Assembly: GCA_950097015.1 (NCBI GenBank)
Contig: CATNEN010000032.1
Span: forward strand, 1,116,001 to 1,180,000
DNA length: 64,000 bases
DNA from: Macrostomum hystrix
Lineage: Eukaryota; Animalia; Platyhelminthes
Direction of reading: 5' to 3'
This document shows, in pieces, positions 35,821-48,434 of the stretch. The translations under genes were made by a program, and so were the position numbers. The first letter of the stretch is position 1; the number at the start of each line of letters is the position of its first letter. Under the pieces are notes generated by a model. It made no database searches. It saw nothing but the letters and a program-made list of their open reading frames with translations, and was not told where the DNA came from.

Positions 35821-37129
35821 AACACCCGTAACTAAATTAGACAGAGAGTAAAAAACTAAAATAAGCTAGAAGAAGGGTGCAATCAAACTTGAAGAGAAGA
35901 AACACTCGAAGAAATTGAAGACAAGCTAGTTTATTTCAAAGAATTCAAGAAGAAAGCTGTACACAATCTTAAAATGGAAGCAGCTTTCCTATTTAAGATG
36001 CACACAAGCGAGCCATTAACATCTGGAACAACAACGCCCTAAAAATTCCTCTCGCCAAAGAAATTGCGTCAAAACGACAAAGGGCTGGCCGAATATAGAT
36101 CACAGACCACCTCTGGGCAGGGCGAATGCACCGCGGGCAGTTTTACATTCGCCTCAATTTGCACCAACAGTACAGTAAGTCATTCCCATCCTGGCCCAAC
36201 CTTACCGACAAATTAATTACATTTCCTAACTAGATCCCATCCTTCAACCCGATGGGAAAATAATCCCCTCCAGCTACAACCGGCAACAAGCTTCCGCACT
36301 AATGGCCATAAAACTTATCCCACTTCACTCACCTGACACGCTGAAAACGAGGTCAATGTGGGTGAGTGTGGCATAAAAATTCCACAGAAATTTCTTCCCA
36401 ATAGAGCAGCCAAGAATTCTTCCTTTCTTTGTTAAACTCCTGCCCAACTAATAGCAGGTGGGGATGCAAAAGATCTGGGAACAGGTTCCCTTTACAGGCC
36501 GGGGAAAACTGATATTCCATAGACAGACAGGGGAGGCGGGATGGCCAAGTGTTAGTTACCAGCATATAAATCCGAAAGTTTATAATAAAAGCACGAAATT
36601 TTAGAATTAAAACCCGAAAGTTTATAATTGAAACTCGAAAGATTACTGTTTAAAATACAAAAGTTTATAATACTTCAATATTTGCAGTTTTATCTGCAGG
36701 TTAAAGCAGGTCAAATGTAACTTATCGCTTGTCTCTGCCTACGGGACTACCTAACTTATCAAGGCAATAAAGGGATGGGACAGCTTGTAACATAATATAA
36801 TCAACTGATTTAACATTAACTAAACCCAGCTTGCTGATATACAAAGGGACCAAAATAAATATAAGTCCCTTTACTGCTAAACACGAACCTAGTAGAAAGT
36901 GGAAACTTAACCACCGGGGCACCAAAAACCCCAAATCCTTTTTGGCTTTTTATGTTTTTTATACATCGGACACACTGCAAATGCATTATCGGTTGTGTTA
37001 GTGATTTCTCGTTTAGGCCACAATATCTACTGTGGAGAGAATAGCTGAAGAAATAGATAGACTGACAATCACAAACATACTCACAATATCTGAAACAATG
37101 ACTATGTCTGATAGACTTAAAACATATGA

Positions 37130-37922
37130 AAAAAGTGACAACATCTGACTGACTGACCATATTTGACAGAATGATAATGTCTGACAATCTGCAAAAGTGA
37201 CAAACTGACAAAGTGACAATCTGACAAAGTGACAATCTGCAAAAGTGACAAACTGCAAAAGTGACAATCTGACAAAGTGACAATCTGACAAAGTGACAAT
37301 CTGACAAAGTGACAATCTGACAAAGTGACAATCTACAAAGGTGACAATCTGCAAAAGTGACAATCTGCAAAAGTGACAATCTGACAAAGTGACAATCTGA
37401 CAAAGTGACAACATCTGACTGACTGACCATATTTGACAGAATGATAATGTCTGACAATCTGCAAAAGTGACAAACTGACAAAGTGACAATCTGACAAAGT
37501 GACAATCTACAAAAGTGACAATCTGCAAAAGTGACAATCTGCAAAAGTGACAATCTGCAAAAGTGACAATCTGACAAAGTGACAATCTGACAAAGTGACA
37601 ACATCTGACTGACTGACCATATTTGACAGAATGATAATGTCTGACAATCTGCAAAAGTGACAAACTGACAAAGTGACAATCTGCAAAAGTGACAATCTGC
37701 AAAAGTGACAATCTGCAAAAGTGACAAACTGACAAAGTGACAATCTGCAAAAGTGACAATCTGCAAAAGTGACAATCTGCAAATGTGACAATCTGCAAAT
37801 GTGACAATCTGACAAAGTGACAATCTGACAAAGTGACAATCTGACAAAGTGACAATCTGACAAAGTGACAATCTGACAAAGTGACAATCTGACAAAGTGA
37901 CAATCTGACAAAGTGACAATCT
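37130..37922. repeat. 16-bp minisatellite (ctgacaaagtgacaat) with a thrice-repeated ~60-bp interruption
   Basis: Block acatctgactgactgaccatatttgacagaatgataatgtctgacaat at about 37141, 37411 and 37601. Confidence 0.95.
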
Positions 37923-38489
37923 GAGTAATGGATGTACAATGTATGGAAAGTAATGAAAAAATTACTTCTGAAAATTATTAAAATGAATGTGTGAATTACC
38001 CAAACTCAAATCGTGAAGTCATGTGCTTGGTGCCATAAATTCCCAGGTGAGTTATTATTTAACCCTGTTACTTATCAAATTCGCTTCACCTAGCAGCTTC
38101 CTGCGCAGGTGCAGTATCCGGTAGTTGCTACGCAGCTAAAATACTTAAAACTGAATTCCATCTGAATGAGCTGCAACAATATCGTCAATGGTCTATATTG
38201 AGCTAGCCCGTGTCAAAAGCTTATCGCTGTGCTCAGAAGGAATCTCCACCCGCATACAGAAATGCTATTCCTTGAAAAAGTACTTATTTGACTTGTTTAC
38301 ACGGCGATAATAACAACTCACAATGGCTACGCAGGAAGCTTAACTCCATCCCAGTTCCGGATGGTCGCCTCAAATCAAAATTTATGAGATCTTTTAAGTT
38401 CAATATCACACTGATTTCTCACTACAATGAACAATGTTCCTGTACGTTCCTGCCCTGGTCTATCTACCAATGCTGTCTCCACTTCCCTC

Positions 38490-39200
38490 CTACCCTCTGC
38501 CATTGTCGCTCTACCCCTCTGCCATTGTCGCTCTACCCCTCTGCCATTGTCGCTCTACCCCTCTGCCATTGTCGCTCTACCCCTCTGCCATTGTCGCTCT
38601 ACCCCTCTGCCATTGTCGCTCTACCCCTCTGCCATTGTCGCTCTACCCCTCTGCCATTGTCGCTCTACCCCTCTGCCACTGTCTCTCTACCCCTCTGCCA
38701 TTGTCGCTCTACCCCTCTGCCATTGTCTCTCTAACCCTCTGCCATTGTCTCTCTACCCCTCTGCCATTGTCGCTCTACCCCTCTGCCACTGTCTCTCTAC
38801 CCCTCTGCCATTGTCTCTCTAACCCTCTGCCATTGTCTCTCTACCCCTCTGCCATTGTCGCTCTACCCCTCTGCCATTGTCACTCTACCCCTCTGCCACT
38901 GTCTCTCTACCCCTCTGCCATTGTCTCTCTAACCCTCTGCCATTGTCTCTCTACCCCTCTGCCATTGTCGCTCTACCCCTCTGCCATTGTCACTCTACCC
39001 CTCTGCCACTGTCTCTCTACCCCTCTGCCATTGTCTCTCTACCCCTCTGCCATTGTCTCTCTACCCCTCTGCCACTGTCTCTCTACCCCTCTGCCATTGT
39101 CTCTCTACCCCTCTGCCACTGTCTCTCTACCCCTCTGCCATTGTCTCTCTACCCCTCTGCCATTGTCTCTCTACCCCTCTGCCATTGTCTCTCTACCACT
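38490..39200. repeat. 22-bp minisatellite (cattgtcgctctacccctctgc), about 32 copies
   Basis: Direct tandem units. Confidence 0.96.
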
Positions 39201-40164
39201 TCTCTACTTCTCCTCCATCTCTTCTCTACCGCTCCACCCATCTCTCTACGCCTCCACCCGTCTTTATACCCCATCCACCCGTCTTTCTACCCCTCCACCC
39301 GTCCTTCTATCCCTCCACCCGTCTCTCTACCGCTCCTCCCGTCTCTCTACCTCTCCGCGTTGTCTATCTACCCTCGAATTATTGATTCCCTCACTTGAAT
39401 CTCTCAATGAATTTCTATCCTTAACAGTTTGATCTTCGGACTAATATATGACTCTATCTACTCTAGCCAGCCTTCTAATATTGCCTCACTTTCATTTATT
39501 ATATTATATGCACAAAATAAAATATCACCATATTTCCCGAATCAGCTGGTTATAAGCAAGCCAGATTACAGAAAAAGTCAACTGCCAACCATCTATAATT
39601 TCTAGCTCTAGCAATTTCCAACTATTGGCAATTGCGCATGCAAAAAAAACAGGCCCACATTTGCTACAGCAGCAGCAGCAGCTGGCTCGAGCTGTCAGGC
39701 GGGCACTTAAGAAAAATAGAGAGAATAGAGAAACGAAACGACATGCGAGGCGTCGTGGCAGATAGCTATATATGGCTTGTGGCTGCAATCTGCTGTGTAA
39801 GGTAGGCCAAAATTTACACACCAACCACTCATCCACTGCGCAAAGTATCTTTACAGGCTTGATTTTCTCTGCAACAGACAATACGCACCAGACCGCATGG
39901 AACAAGTATAAATATTAAATTTCTACATAATTGCACTCCAAGCTGAGATGCTGGGCCAATTAAACTAGCAGGGCACTTGTAACTAATGATTTAACTGCCT
40001 ATATTCTACCTCAGGATACCGCTTGCAACTAATATAATTAGTCGGCCAAATCCACGAGTGGGTAACCTTACACTCAACACACTGAGGGCCAAGGAGACAA
40101 TCCGAATGAAATATCAGGAACGATTGACCCGACAGAGGGGAATGGGGGAACGGGAAGGCTGAGG

Positions 40165-42606
40165 CAGGAGAGATGAGACAGGAGAGATGAGACAGGAGAG
40201 ATGAGACAGGAGAGATGAGACAGGAGAGATTAGACGGGAGAGATGAGACGGGAGAGATGAGACGGGAGAGATGAGACAGGAGAGATGAGACGGGAGAGAT
40301 GAGACGGGAGAGATTAGACGGGAGAGATGAGACGGGAGAGATGAGACAGGAGAGATGAGACGGGAGAGATGAGACGGGAGAAATGAGAGATGAGAGATTA
40401 GACGGGAGAGATGAGACGGGAGAGATTAGACAGGAGAGATGAGACGGGAGAGATGAGACGGGAGAGATGAGACGGGAGAGATTAGACAGGAGAGATTAGA
40501 CAGGAGAGATGAGACAGGAGAGATTGGACGGGAGAGATGAGACGGGAGAGATGAGACAGGAGAGATGAGACGGGAGAGATGAGACGGGAGAGATGAGACG
40601 GGAGAGATGAGACGGGAGAGATGAGACGGAGAAAATGAGACGGGAGAGGTGACAGATAAGAGAGGAGAGATGAGACAGGAGAGATTAGACAGGAGAGATG
40701 AGAGATGAGAGACGAGAGATGAGACGGGAGAGATGAGACGGGAGAGATGAGACGGGAGAGATGAGACGGGAGAGATGAGACGGAGAAAATGAGACGGGAG
40801 AGATGACAGATAAGAGAGGAGAGATGAGACAGGAGAGATTAGACGGGAGAGATGAGACGGGAGAGATGAGACGGGAGAGATGAGAGGGAAAAAATGAGAC
40901 GGGAGAGATTAGACAGGAGAGATGAGAGATGAGACAGGAGAGATGAGACAGGAGAAATGAGACGGGAGAGATTAGACAGGAGAGATGAGACGGGAGAGAT
41001 GAGACGGGAGAGATTAGACAGGAGAGATGACAGATAAGAGAGGAGAGATGAGACGGGAGAGATGAGACAGGAGAGATGAGAGATGAGAGACGAGAGATGA
41101 GACGGGAGAGATGAGACGGGAGAGATGAGACGGGAGAGATGAGACGCGAGAGATGAGACGGAGAAAATGAGACGGGAGAGATGACAGATAAGAGAGGAGA
41201 GATGAGACAGGAGAGATTAGACGGGAGAGATGAGACGGGAGAGATGAGACAGGAGAGATGAGACGGGAGAGATGAGACGGGAAAAATGAGACGGGAGAGA
41301 TGACAGATAAGAGAGGAGAGATGAGACAGGAGAGATTAGACGGGAGAGATGAGACGGGAGAGATGAGACGGGAGAGATGAGACAGGAGAGATGAGAGATG
41401 AGAGACGAGAGATGAGACAGGAGAGATTAGACAGGAGAGATGAGACAGGAGAGATTGGACGGGAGAGGTGAGACGGGAGAGATGAGACAGGAGAGATGAG
41501 ACGGGAGAGATGAGACGGGAGAGATGAGACGGGAGAGATGAGACGGGAGAGATGAGACGGAGAAAATGAGACGGGAGAGGTGACAGATAAGAGAGGAGAG
41601 ATGAGACAGGAGAGATTAGACAGGAGAGATGAGAGATGAGAGACGAGAGATGAGACGGGAGAGATGAGACGGGAGAGATGAGACGGGAGAGATGAGACGG
41701 GAGAGATGAGACGGAGAAAATGAGACGGGAGAGATGACAGATAAGAGAGGAGAGATGAGACAGGAGAGATTAGACGGGAGAGATGAGACGGGAGAGATGA
41801 GACGGGAGAGATGAGAGGGAAAAAATGAGACGGGAGAGATTAGACAGGAGAGATGAGAGATGAGACAGGAGAGATGAGACAGGAGAAATGAGACGGGAGA
41901 GATTAGACAGGAGAGATGAGACGGGAGAGATGAGACGGGAGAGATTAGACAGGAGAGATGACAGATAAGAGAGGAGAGATGAGACGGGAGAGATGAGACA
42001 GGAGAGATGAGAGATGAGAGACGAGAGATGAGACGGGAGAGATGAGACGGGAGAGATGAGACGGGAGAGATGAGACGGGAGAGATGAGACGGAGAAAATG
42101 AGACGGGAGAGATGACAGATAAGAGAGGAGAGATGAGACAGGAGAGATTAGACGGGAGAGATGAGACGGGAGAGATGAGACAGGAGAGATGAGACGGGAG
42201 AGATGAGACGGGAAAAATGAGACGGGAGAGATGACAGATAAGAGAGGAGAGATGAGACAGGAGAGATTAGACGGGAGAGATGAGACGGGAGAGATGAGAC
42301 GGGAGAGATGAGACAGGAGAGATGAGAGATGAGAGACGAGAGATGAGACAGGAGAGATGAGACAGGAGAGATGAGACAGGAGAAATGAGACGGGAGAGAT
42401 TAGACAGGAGAGATGAGACGGGAGAGATGAGACGGGAGAGATTAGACAGGAGAGATGACAGATAAGAGAGGAGAGATGAGACGGGAGAGATTAGACAGGA
42501 GAGATGAGACAGGAGAGATGAGACGGGAAAAATGAGACGGGAGAGATTAGACAGGAGAGATGAGACAGGAGAGATGAGACAGGGGAGATGAGACAGGAGA
42601 GATGAG
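40165..42606. repeat. 14-bp purine-rich minisatellite (gagagatgagacgg), about 2.4 kb, with a 931-bp internal duplication
   Basis: Rare variants recur at offset 931 (agattggac 40521/41452; aggtgacag 40647/41578; tgagagggaa 40881/41812). Confidence 0.96.
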
Positions 42607-43375
42607 AAAGGGGAGAGCTAAAACACGAGAATGTTTATAAAGTAGAGAAGGGAGACTTTAAGATGTCAGGGCTTCGTCTGGTTTAAGAGATTTGAAGGCT
42701 GGCGTTTTCGAAGCGGAGGTTTTTATTAATGTATAACATTTACAAATTGTGTGACTAGCGTGACTAACACTTAGAAATGCCTACGAAGAAAGTTTGACCC
42801 AACTGAGGGAAAAGCGAGTGCAAATAAATAATATGAGCGCACGCCTACACAGACAAAAAACTTCATTTTGGAACTTTATGACTAGTTTACTCATCTCAAA
42901 GCTGAGCCATGGCAATTAAAAAAACTAATTTGCAGCATGATCTAGCTTTTTAAACCTAATAGCTTAAATTAATAAGAACATTAGACAAAGCTAGACATGC
43001 GTAATTTCTTGGGCAATGGAACAAGATCTTTTAGGGGGTTCAAATGAGGGAGGTCAAAGAGAGCAAAAATATTTCCCTACGGTTACGGTATAAAAGCGGG
43101 CAATAATGTTAAAATGCTTCAAAATGATTTTAATAAATCAATGAAACCGTACACACTACAGAATGTGCCATGTAATTTCTTCGATACAGCACGACAAACC
43201 TTCCCTCTAAATTTAGGAACAGTGTACATAGTGATTCAATAAAGCTTAGACTAACCACGCTTCTAAAAATAGAATCAATGTACATTGTTAATTAATAGAA
43301 CTAGACTAGCCTCGCTTCTAAAAATAGAACCAATGTACATAGATTCCGATTAGTCATCCGACCCACCCCACTCAC

Positions 43376-43575
43376 CGCTTTGCGCAAACCAGCCTCGGTG
43401 TCAGGCAATTTCACGCAGTCGCCGAACTCTCGCTGATAGACATTCTGCGTTATTGAAGCCAGGCTTTGACAAGCGTCGCCTGACACGGCCACGTATTCGC
43501 AGCTTCCACCGTGGCCAGATTGGTTAGCAACAAAGACATAGCCGGCTGGGCAGCTGGTCGGGTCTTTGTTTGGCT
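43376..43575 (-). CDS. Cys-containing extracellular exon (EPNKDPTSCPAGYVFV...GSCEYVAVSGDAC...GDCVKLP...), probably aGPCR ectodomain
   Basis: Acceptor ggatttcag|AG (phase 1) and donor GCG|GTGAGT (phase 0); open frame; phase matches the upstream Ser/Thr exon. Confidence 0.7.
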
Positions 43576-44151
43576 CTGAAATCCGTTGGCGATTCCATTA
43601 TTTTTATCATGAGTTGAAAATTGAATCGATTGACAATTTCATTGAAAAAAAAACTATTGAAAACGCATTCAAATGCAGTATTGAGCTACTAGGATTGAGC
43701 CGATTCTCAAACATGTCTCGGCTGCAAGCCTGCAAAGCCTATTTATTAAAATAACGTCTCATGACTAGCAGATAGAATCGCATTGGAACATGCCCAGCAT
43801 ACATTTCCTGTTGCAGATACACTCGACTAATCTACTTCTAGCCCTCGGGAATGGGTCGCCCCGGCAACAAAGAATCATTGGACTGAACCTAATTTGTACC
43901 TTAGTGACGGGAGGACAGCTATCATACAGCATCGGTGCGGTATTGCAGGCAGAATTCGCTATATATTGCCTGATGGAGCGGCAGTTTACCGATTACCGAA
44001 AATGTATACTTGCGAGCGGTTTCAATTCTGCGCAGAACTGTTTATTATCTATTTATATTTTTGTATATTTTTGACCCGACACTACAGATATTTTTATAAA
44101 GCAATAGTCTTTAAATTAGCCGAACGATGCAAATTTTCTATAACTTTAGAA

Positions 44152-44305
44152 AATCTGTGTAAATCTGTGTAAATCTGTGTAAATCTGTGTAAATCTGTGT
44201 AAATCTGTGTAAATCTGTGTAAATCTGTGTAAATCTGTGTAAATCTGTGTAAATCTGTGTAAATCTGTGTAAATCTGTGTAAATCTGTGTAAATCTGTGT
44301 AAATC
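44152..44305. repeat. 10-bp repeat (aaatctgtgt), about 15 copies
   Basis: Direct tandem units. Confidence 0.96.
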
Positions 44306-44329
44306 TTGAACGATGCTCATCATGTAGGC

Positions 44330-45116
44330 CAGGGGTCGGCAAACTCCGGCCCGCGGGCCAGATGCGGCCCTCGAAGCTACCCAAATCCGGCCCGTTGCCC
44401 CTTCTGACATCTACAGTGTCCTGTTTCATCTCTCTCGTGTCTAATCTCTCCCGTGTCTCATCGCTCTCGTATCTAATCTCTTCCCTGTCTTATCTCTCCC
44501 ATGTCTAATCTCTCCCGTGTCTAATCTCTCCCGTGTCTCATCGCTCTCGTATCTAATCTCTCCCGTGTCTAGTCTCTCCCGTGTTTCATCGCTCTCGTAT
44601 CTAATCTCTTCCCTGTCTTATCTCTCCCGTGTCTAATCTCTCCCGTGTCTAATCTCTCCCGTGTCTAATCTCTCCCGTGTCTAATCTCTCCCGTGTCTAA
44701 TCTCTCCCGTGTCTAATCTCTCCCGTGTCTAATCTCTCCCGTGTCTCATCTCTCCCGTGTCTCATCGCTCTCGTATCTAATCTCTCCCGTGTCTAGTCTC
44801 TCCCGTGTCTCATCGCTCTCGTATCTAATCTCTCCCGTGTCTAATCTCTCCCGTGTCTAATCTCTCCCGTGTCTAATTTCTCCCGTGTCTAATCTCTTTC
44901 GTGTCTAGTCTCTTCCCTGTCTAATCTCTCCGGTGTCCCATCTTTCCTGTGTCTCATCTCTCCCGTGTCTAATCTCTCCCGTGTCTAATCTCTCCCGTGT
45001 CTCATCTCTCCCCTATCTCATATTTATAGGGGAGAGATGAGACACGGGACACACGCCCGCTGTCGTCTTTTAGGCTCTCTCTTTGGCCCGCCAGCAAATA
45101 AGTTTGCCAACCCCTG
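44330..45116. mobile_element. hAT-superfamily (Charlie-like) MITE, copy 1, with internal 16-bp minisatellite
   Basis: TIRs caggggtcggcaaact ... agtttgccaacccctg; perfect 8-bp TSD atgtaggc (44322-44329 and 45117-45124); internal (ctaatctctcccgtgt)n. Confidence 0.93.
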
Positions 45117-46612
45117 ATGTAGGCTCATGTAAAGTATGTAAAATAGTGTTTTTTGGCCTCGTTTAAGAAAGAGCCCTTATGGGGGTACCTTTTATTCAAT
45201 GATAGGTAGTCTATGAAATTGTTACGAGAAAAGTTTAGATAGGACTAGGTTCCACAGCAGCACATAAACTGTTTTCCGATAGACTGAGGTTAGAACCCAC
45301 GACCCTCGCTAAGTTTAATCGTTAATGATTACACATACGAGCTACAAGTAATTAAAGCATAAAAAGTCTGATCAGATTAATCTTACAGCAACATGGAGAG
45401 CGCACTAAATCAACCCAGACTTTATAACTTCACCAAATATAGGCACAGTGACTCATTATGTGCAGAGGAATTCCTATAATTTCGCATGGATAGCTAAAAA
45501 TAGCAGAGATAAAGCAGAGCGAGAGTTGCGAAACGAGATCCTAGAAGAGGATCATCACACAGTCGCTCTCTCCACAGTTGCCGGGCCTAAGTACACTTGC
45601 TAACTGTACTTGCTGGCAAGAACTAGTCAAGCCAAGCCGAATAATCCCCAAATAAGATGGACTCAACAAGTGAGGTACGAAAGTAGGCCCTCTACTGGAA
45701 AGTAGCGGCTCCCTGTGACTCACTCGCTTATTTGTCACCCTCAGTAAAAGTACATTGCAGAAATTCAGCCAGCTTCAAGGGTAAGGGATGTACAGAGGAC
45801 AGAGGAGGAACGAGACGAAGTGAAATATCTGAGCATATTCAGAAGCCAGCAGGCATATAACGTTACATTGCAATGCAACTTTACGTTACTTTACCAACTA
45901 ATTGGCATCAACAAAAAATACATTGCATCGGCTTTCTTCCTCTCAACCCTGTCAGTAGCTTTCTATTAGATACTTATAGCTATACTGTAACAAGCGGTCT
46001 CTGCACTAGGCGCAAATACTTTTCAATTCACTGTAATCTGTTAACCCTGCATCACAGCTCTAGCTACATGAATTTCTTAAATGTGAATACAAATCACACT
46101 TTATTTAAGGATAAATTCTATTCCAATGCTAAAAAACATTCGCATCACAAAAAACTGCGCGATAAATCGATAGATAGCTCGTACTGCAGCAGTTCTGGGG
46201 TGGCCGCAGTTTGGGGAGAGAAATTTGAGCGGAAGCTGAACGACAGCCCAGACAATTAGTGCATTCACATGGCCCGCCCTACCAACTCTATAACACAATT
46301 CTGCACATCGAAACACTGGCAAACTCTGCGCAGCCTAATTGGATGATCAGGAAACTAAATCCAAGATTGACAGAATCTGCCGCACAATACCTGCCCTTAA
46401 CAAATAAGGGCATAACTGTGACTAGACAGACTTGCACTTTTTGCATTCCTTCGTCGTATTTATCAACGGTAGCTAAGCCAAATATTAATTAAGCACTTCA
46501 AAATTTAAAAAAACAGCACGGCGCATCGATTGGTAAATTAAAATATAAATCAGGCAATATTGAATGGCGTTCCATTTTACATTCAAGCAGTCGGGATGGC
46601 GGCTGACATTAC

Positions 46613-46981
46613 CTAACGGTGTAGTTACAAATCGAGTAGTACTTGTGACTGCGTTGGAAATTTCGTGACCTATACTATTGCTGCTGCTGAAGTCACTACT
46701 GCTGCTGGTGCTGTAACTGCTGCTGCTGCTGCTGCTGTCACTGCTGCTGCTGCTGCTGTTGCCATCACTGTTGCTGCTGCTGGTGCTGTCACTGCTGGTG
46801 CTGTCACTGCTGGTGCTGCTGCTGCTGGTGCTGTCACTGCTGCTGCTGCTGCTATCACTGTTGCTGCTGCTGGTGGTGGTGCTGCTGCTGCTGTCATCAA
46901 CCATATTTCTAGTGATGCTGACAACAAATGTACTAGCAATCGAAGTGCTAGTTAATGGAGGATCCGTAGTTGCCAGGGACG
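46613..46981 (-). CDS. Ser/Thr-rich mucin-like stalk exon, probably aGPCR ectodomain
   Basis: Acceptor cgcattag|CG and donor TTAG|GTAATG, both phase 1; encodes SLATTDPPLTSTSIAST...DSSSSTTTSSSNSDSSSS...VTSTTRFVTTPL. Confidence 0.6.
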
Positions 46982-47127
46982 CTAATGCGAATTGGATTTG
47001 CGTCAGCACATTTTTAGAGGCTCTCTTTAACTTCAGCAATACACATATAAGACTCCAACTCAGACAAAAAAAAGTTTGTCCAACAAAAATAAGCAGACGA
47101 AATCAAATAGAGCAATAGAAAACTCAC

Positions 47128-47184
47128 TTGTTGCTGTTGTGGCTCTTGCCGTGGTGGTCGTTGTCAGCACAGTTGGAGCGGCCT
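47128..47184 (-). CDS. 57-nt Thr-rich exon (AAPTVLTTTTTARATTAT)
   Basis: Acceptor tatttatttag|AG and donor CAA|GTGAGT, phase 1/1. Confidence 0.65.
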
Positions 47185-47217
47185 CTAAATAAATAAAATA
47201 AATACGAATAATAAATC

Positions 47218-47848
47218 GTTGCAGTTTCTTAGGAGAATTATGAACATCTCTGTGTGTTCAGAGTTGCAGTTTCTTAGGAGAATTATGGACATCTCTGTGT
47301 GTTCAGAGGTGCAGTTTCTTAGGAGAATTATGGACATCTCTGTGTGTTCAGAGGTTCAGTTTCTTAGGAGAATTATGGACATCTCTGTGTTCAGAGTTGC
47401 AGTTTCTTAGGAGAATTATGGACATCTCTGTGTGTTCAGAGGTGCAGTTTCTTAGGAGAATTATGGACATCTCTGTGTGTTCAGAGGTGCAGTTTCTTAG
47501 GAGAATTATGGACATCTCTGTGTGTTCAGAGTTGCAGTTTCTTAGGAGAATTATGGACATCTCTGTGTGTTCAGAGTTGCAGTTTCTTAGGAGAATTATG
47601 GACATCTCTGTGTGTTCAGAGGTGCAGTTTCTTAGGAGAATTATGGACATCTCTGTGTGTTCAGAGTTGCAGTTTCTTAGGAGAATTATGGACATCTCTG
47701 TGTGTTCAGAGTTGCAGTTTCTTAGGAGAATTATGGACATCTCTGTGTGTTCAGAGGTGCAGTTTCTTAGGAGAATTATGGACATCTCTGTGTTCAGAGT
47801 TGCAGTTTCTTAGGAGAATTATGGACATCTCTGTGTGTTCAGAGTTGC
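47218..47848. repeat. 45-bp minisatellite (gtgtgttcagagttgcagtttcttaggagaattatggacatctct), about 14 copies, intronic
   Basis: Direct tandem units; occasional 43-bp units break any reading frame. Confidence 0.95.
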
Positions 47849-47905
47849 GTCTGTGAGTAAGACTACTTGCTGGACTCAGCAGACAGACTAGGAAAGAAGT
47901 TTCAC

Positions 47906-48434
47906 CTTCACAGCAAAACTCACTTCTGGATAGCACAATGTTAAGGCGATAGCCATGCTTGCTGTCCTTCAAGCTTTGGCACTCATCAGGATGGCCGGTC
48001 AGATTACTAAAAGACAATAACTCTTGAGCCAGAATACTGAGACTTCCCAGGTCACAATGACCTCTGACTCGGCGATTAATCTCATCTTTGATTGAGTTGA
48101 TCAGTGATACATAGCGACTCGTAATTGCTTCATTTGAAAAAGTACCATTCAATACCAGACAGGGTACACCAGGTCTGCAACTCGGATTACTCGGATTTTG
48201 CAGCTGGTATTCGATTCGATTTACTAATAACTCATCTTCCACCATTTCTGGACAAGGAATTAGAGCAGGGCGTTTATCAGTTTTTAGGCACAAAGCCAAG
48301 CTACAGGAGCTGCCTGGCTCTTGACATGGATTGACAGCCGATGTTGACTCAGCTTGAACTGTGATGGTAGCCACCAGAATAACTAATAAGATCCATGTAA
48401 TATGTTGAAACCTTTTAATAATAGCTTTGTTCAT
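47906..48434 (-). CDS. Signal-peptide exon with a Cys-rich extracellular domain; probable first coding exon of the adhesion GPCR
   Basis: MNKAIIKRFQHITWILLVILVATITVQA-ESTSAVNPCQEPGSSCSLALCLK...CRPGVPCLVLNGTF...HCDL...ECQSL...EFCCE; donor GAAG|GTGAAA (phase 1). Linkage to the 7TM exons is inferred from strand and splice phases. Confidence 0.7.

Noticed and set aside
36330-36345. Possible 8-nt micro-exon (ttttcag|CGTGTCAG|gtgagt, minus strand)
   Set aside because: Good-looking splice sites, but I could not place it in frame with the neighbouring exons.
39525-39905. 126-aa minus-strand ORF as an aGPCR exon
   Set aside because: No recognisable domain and no compatible donor/acceptor pair.
47218-47905. 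45-bp repeat as a coding extension of the signal-peptide exon
   Set aside because: 43-bp units frameshift the array, and a phase-1 donor at 47905 splices cleanly to the 47184 exon.
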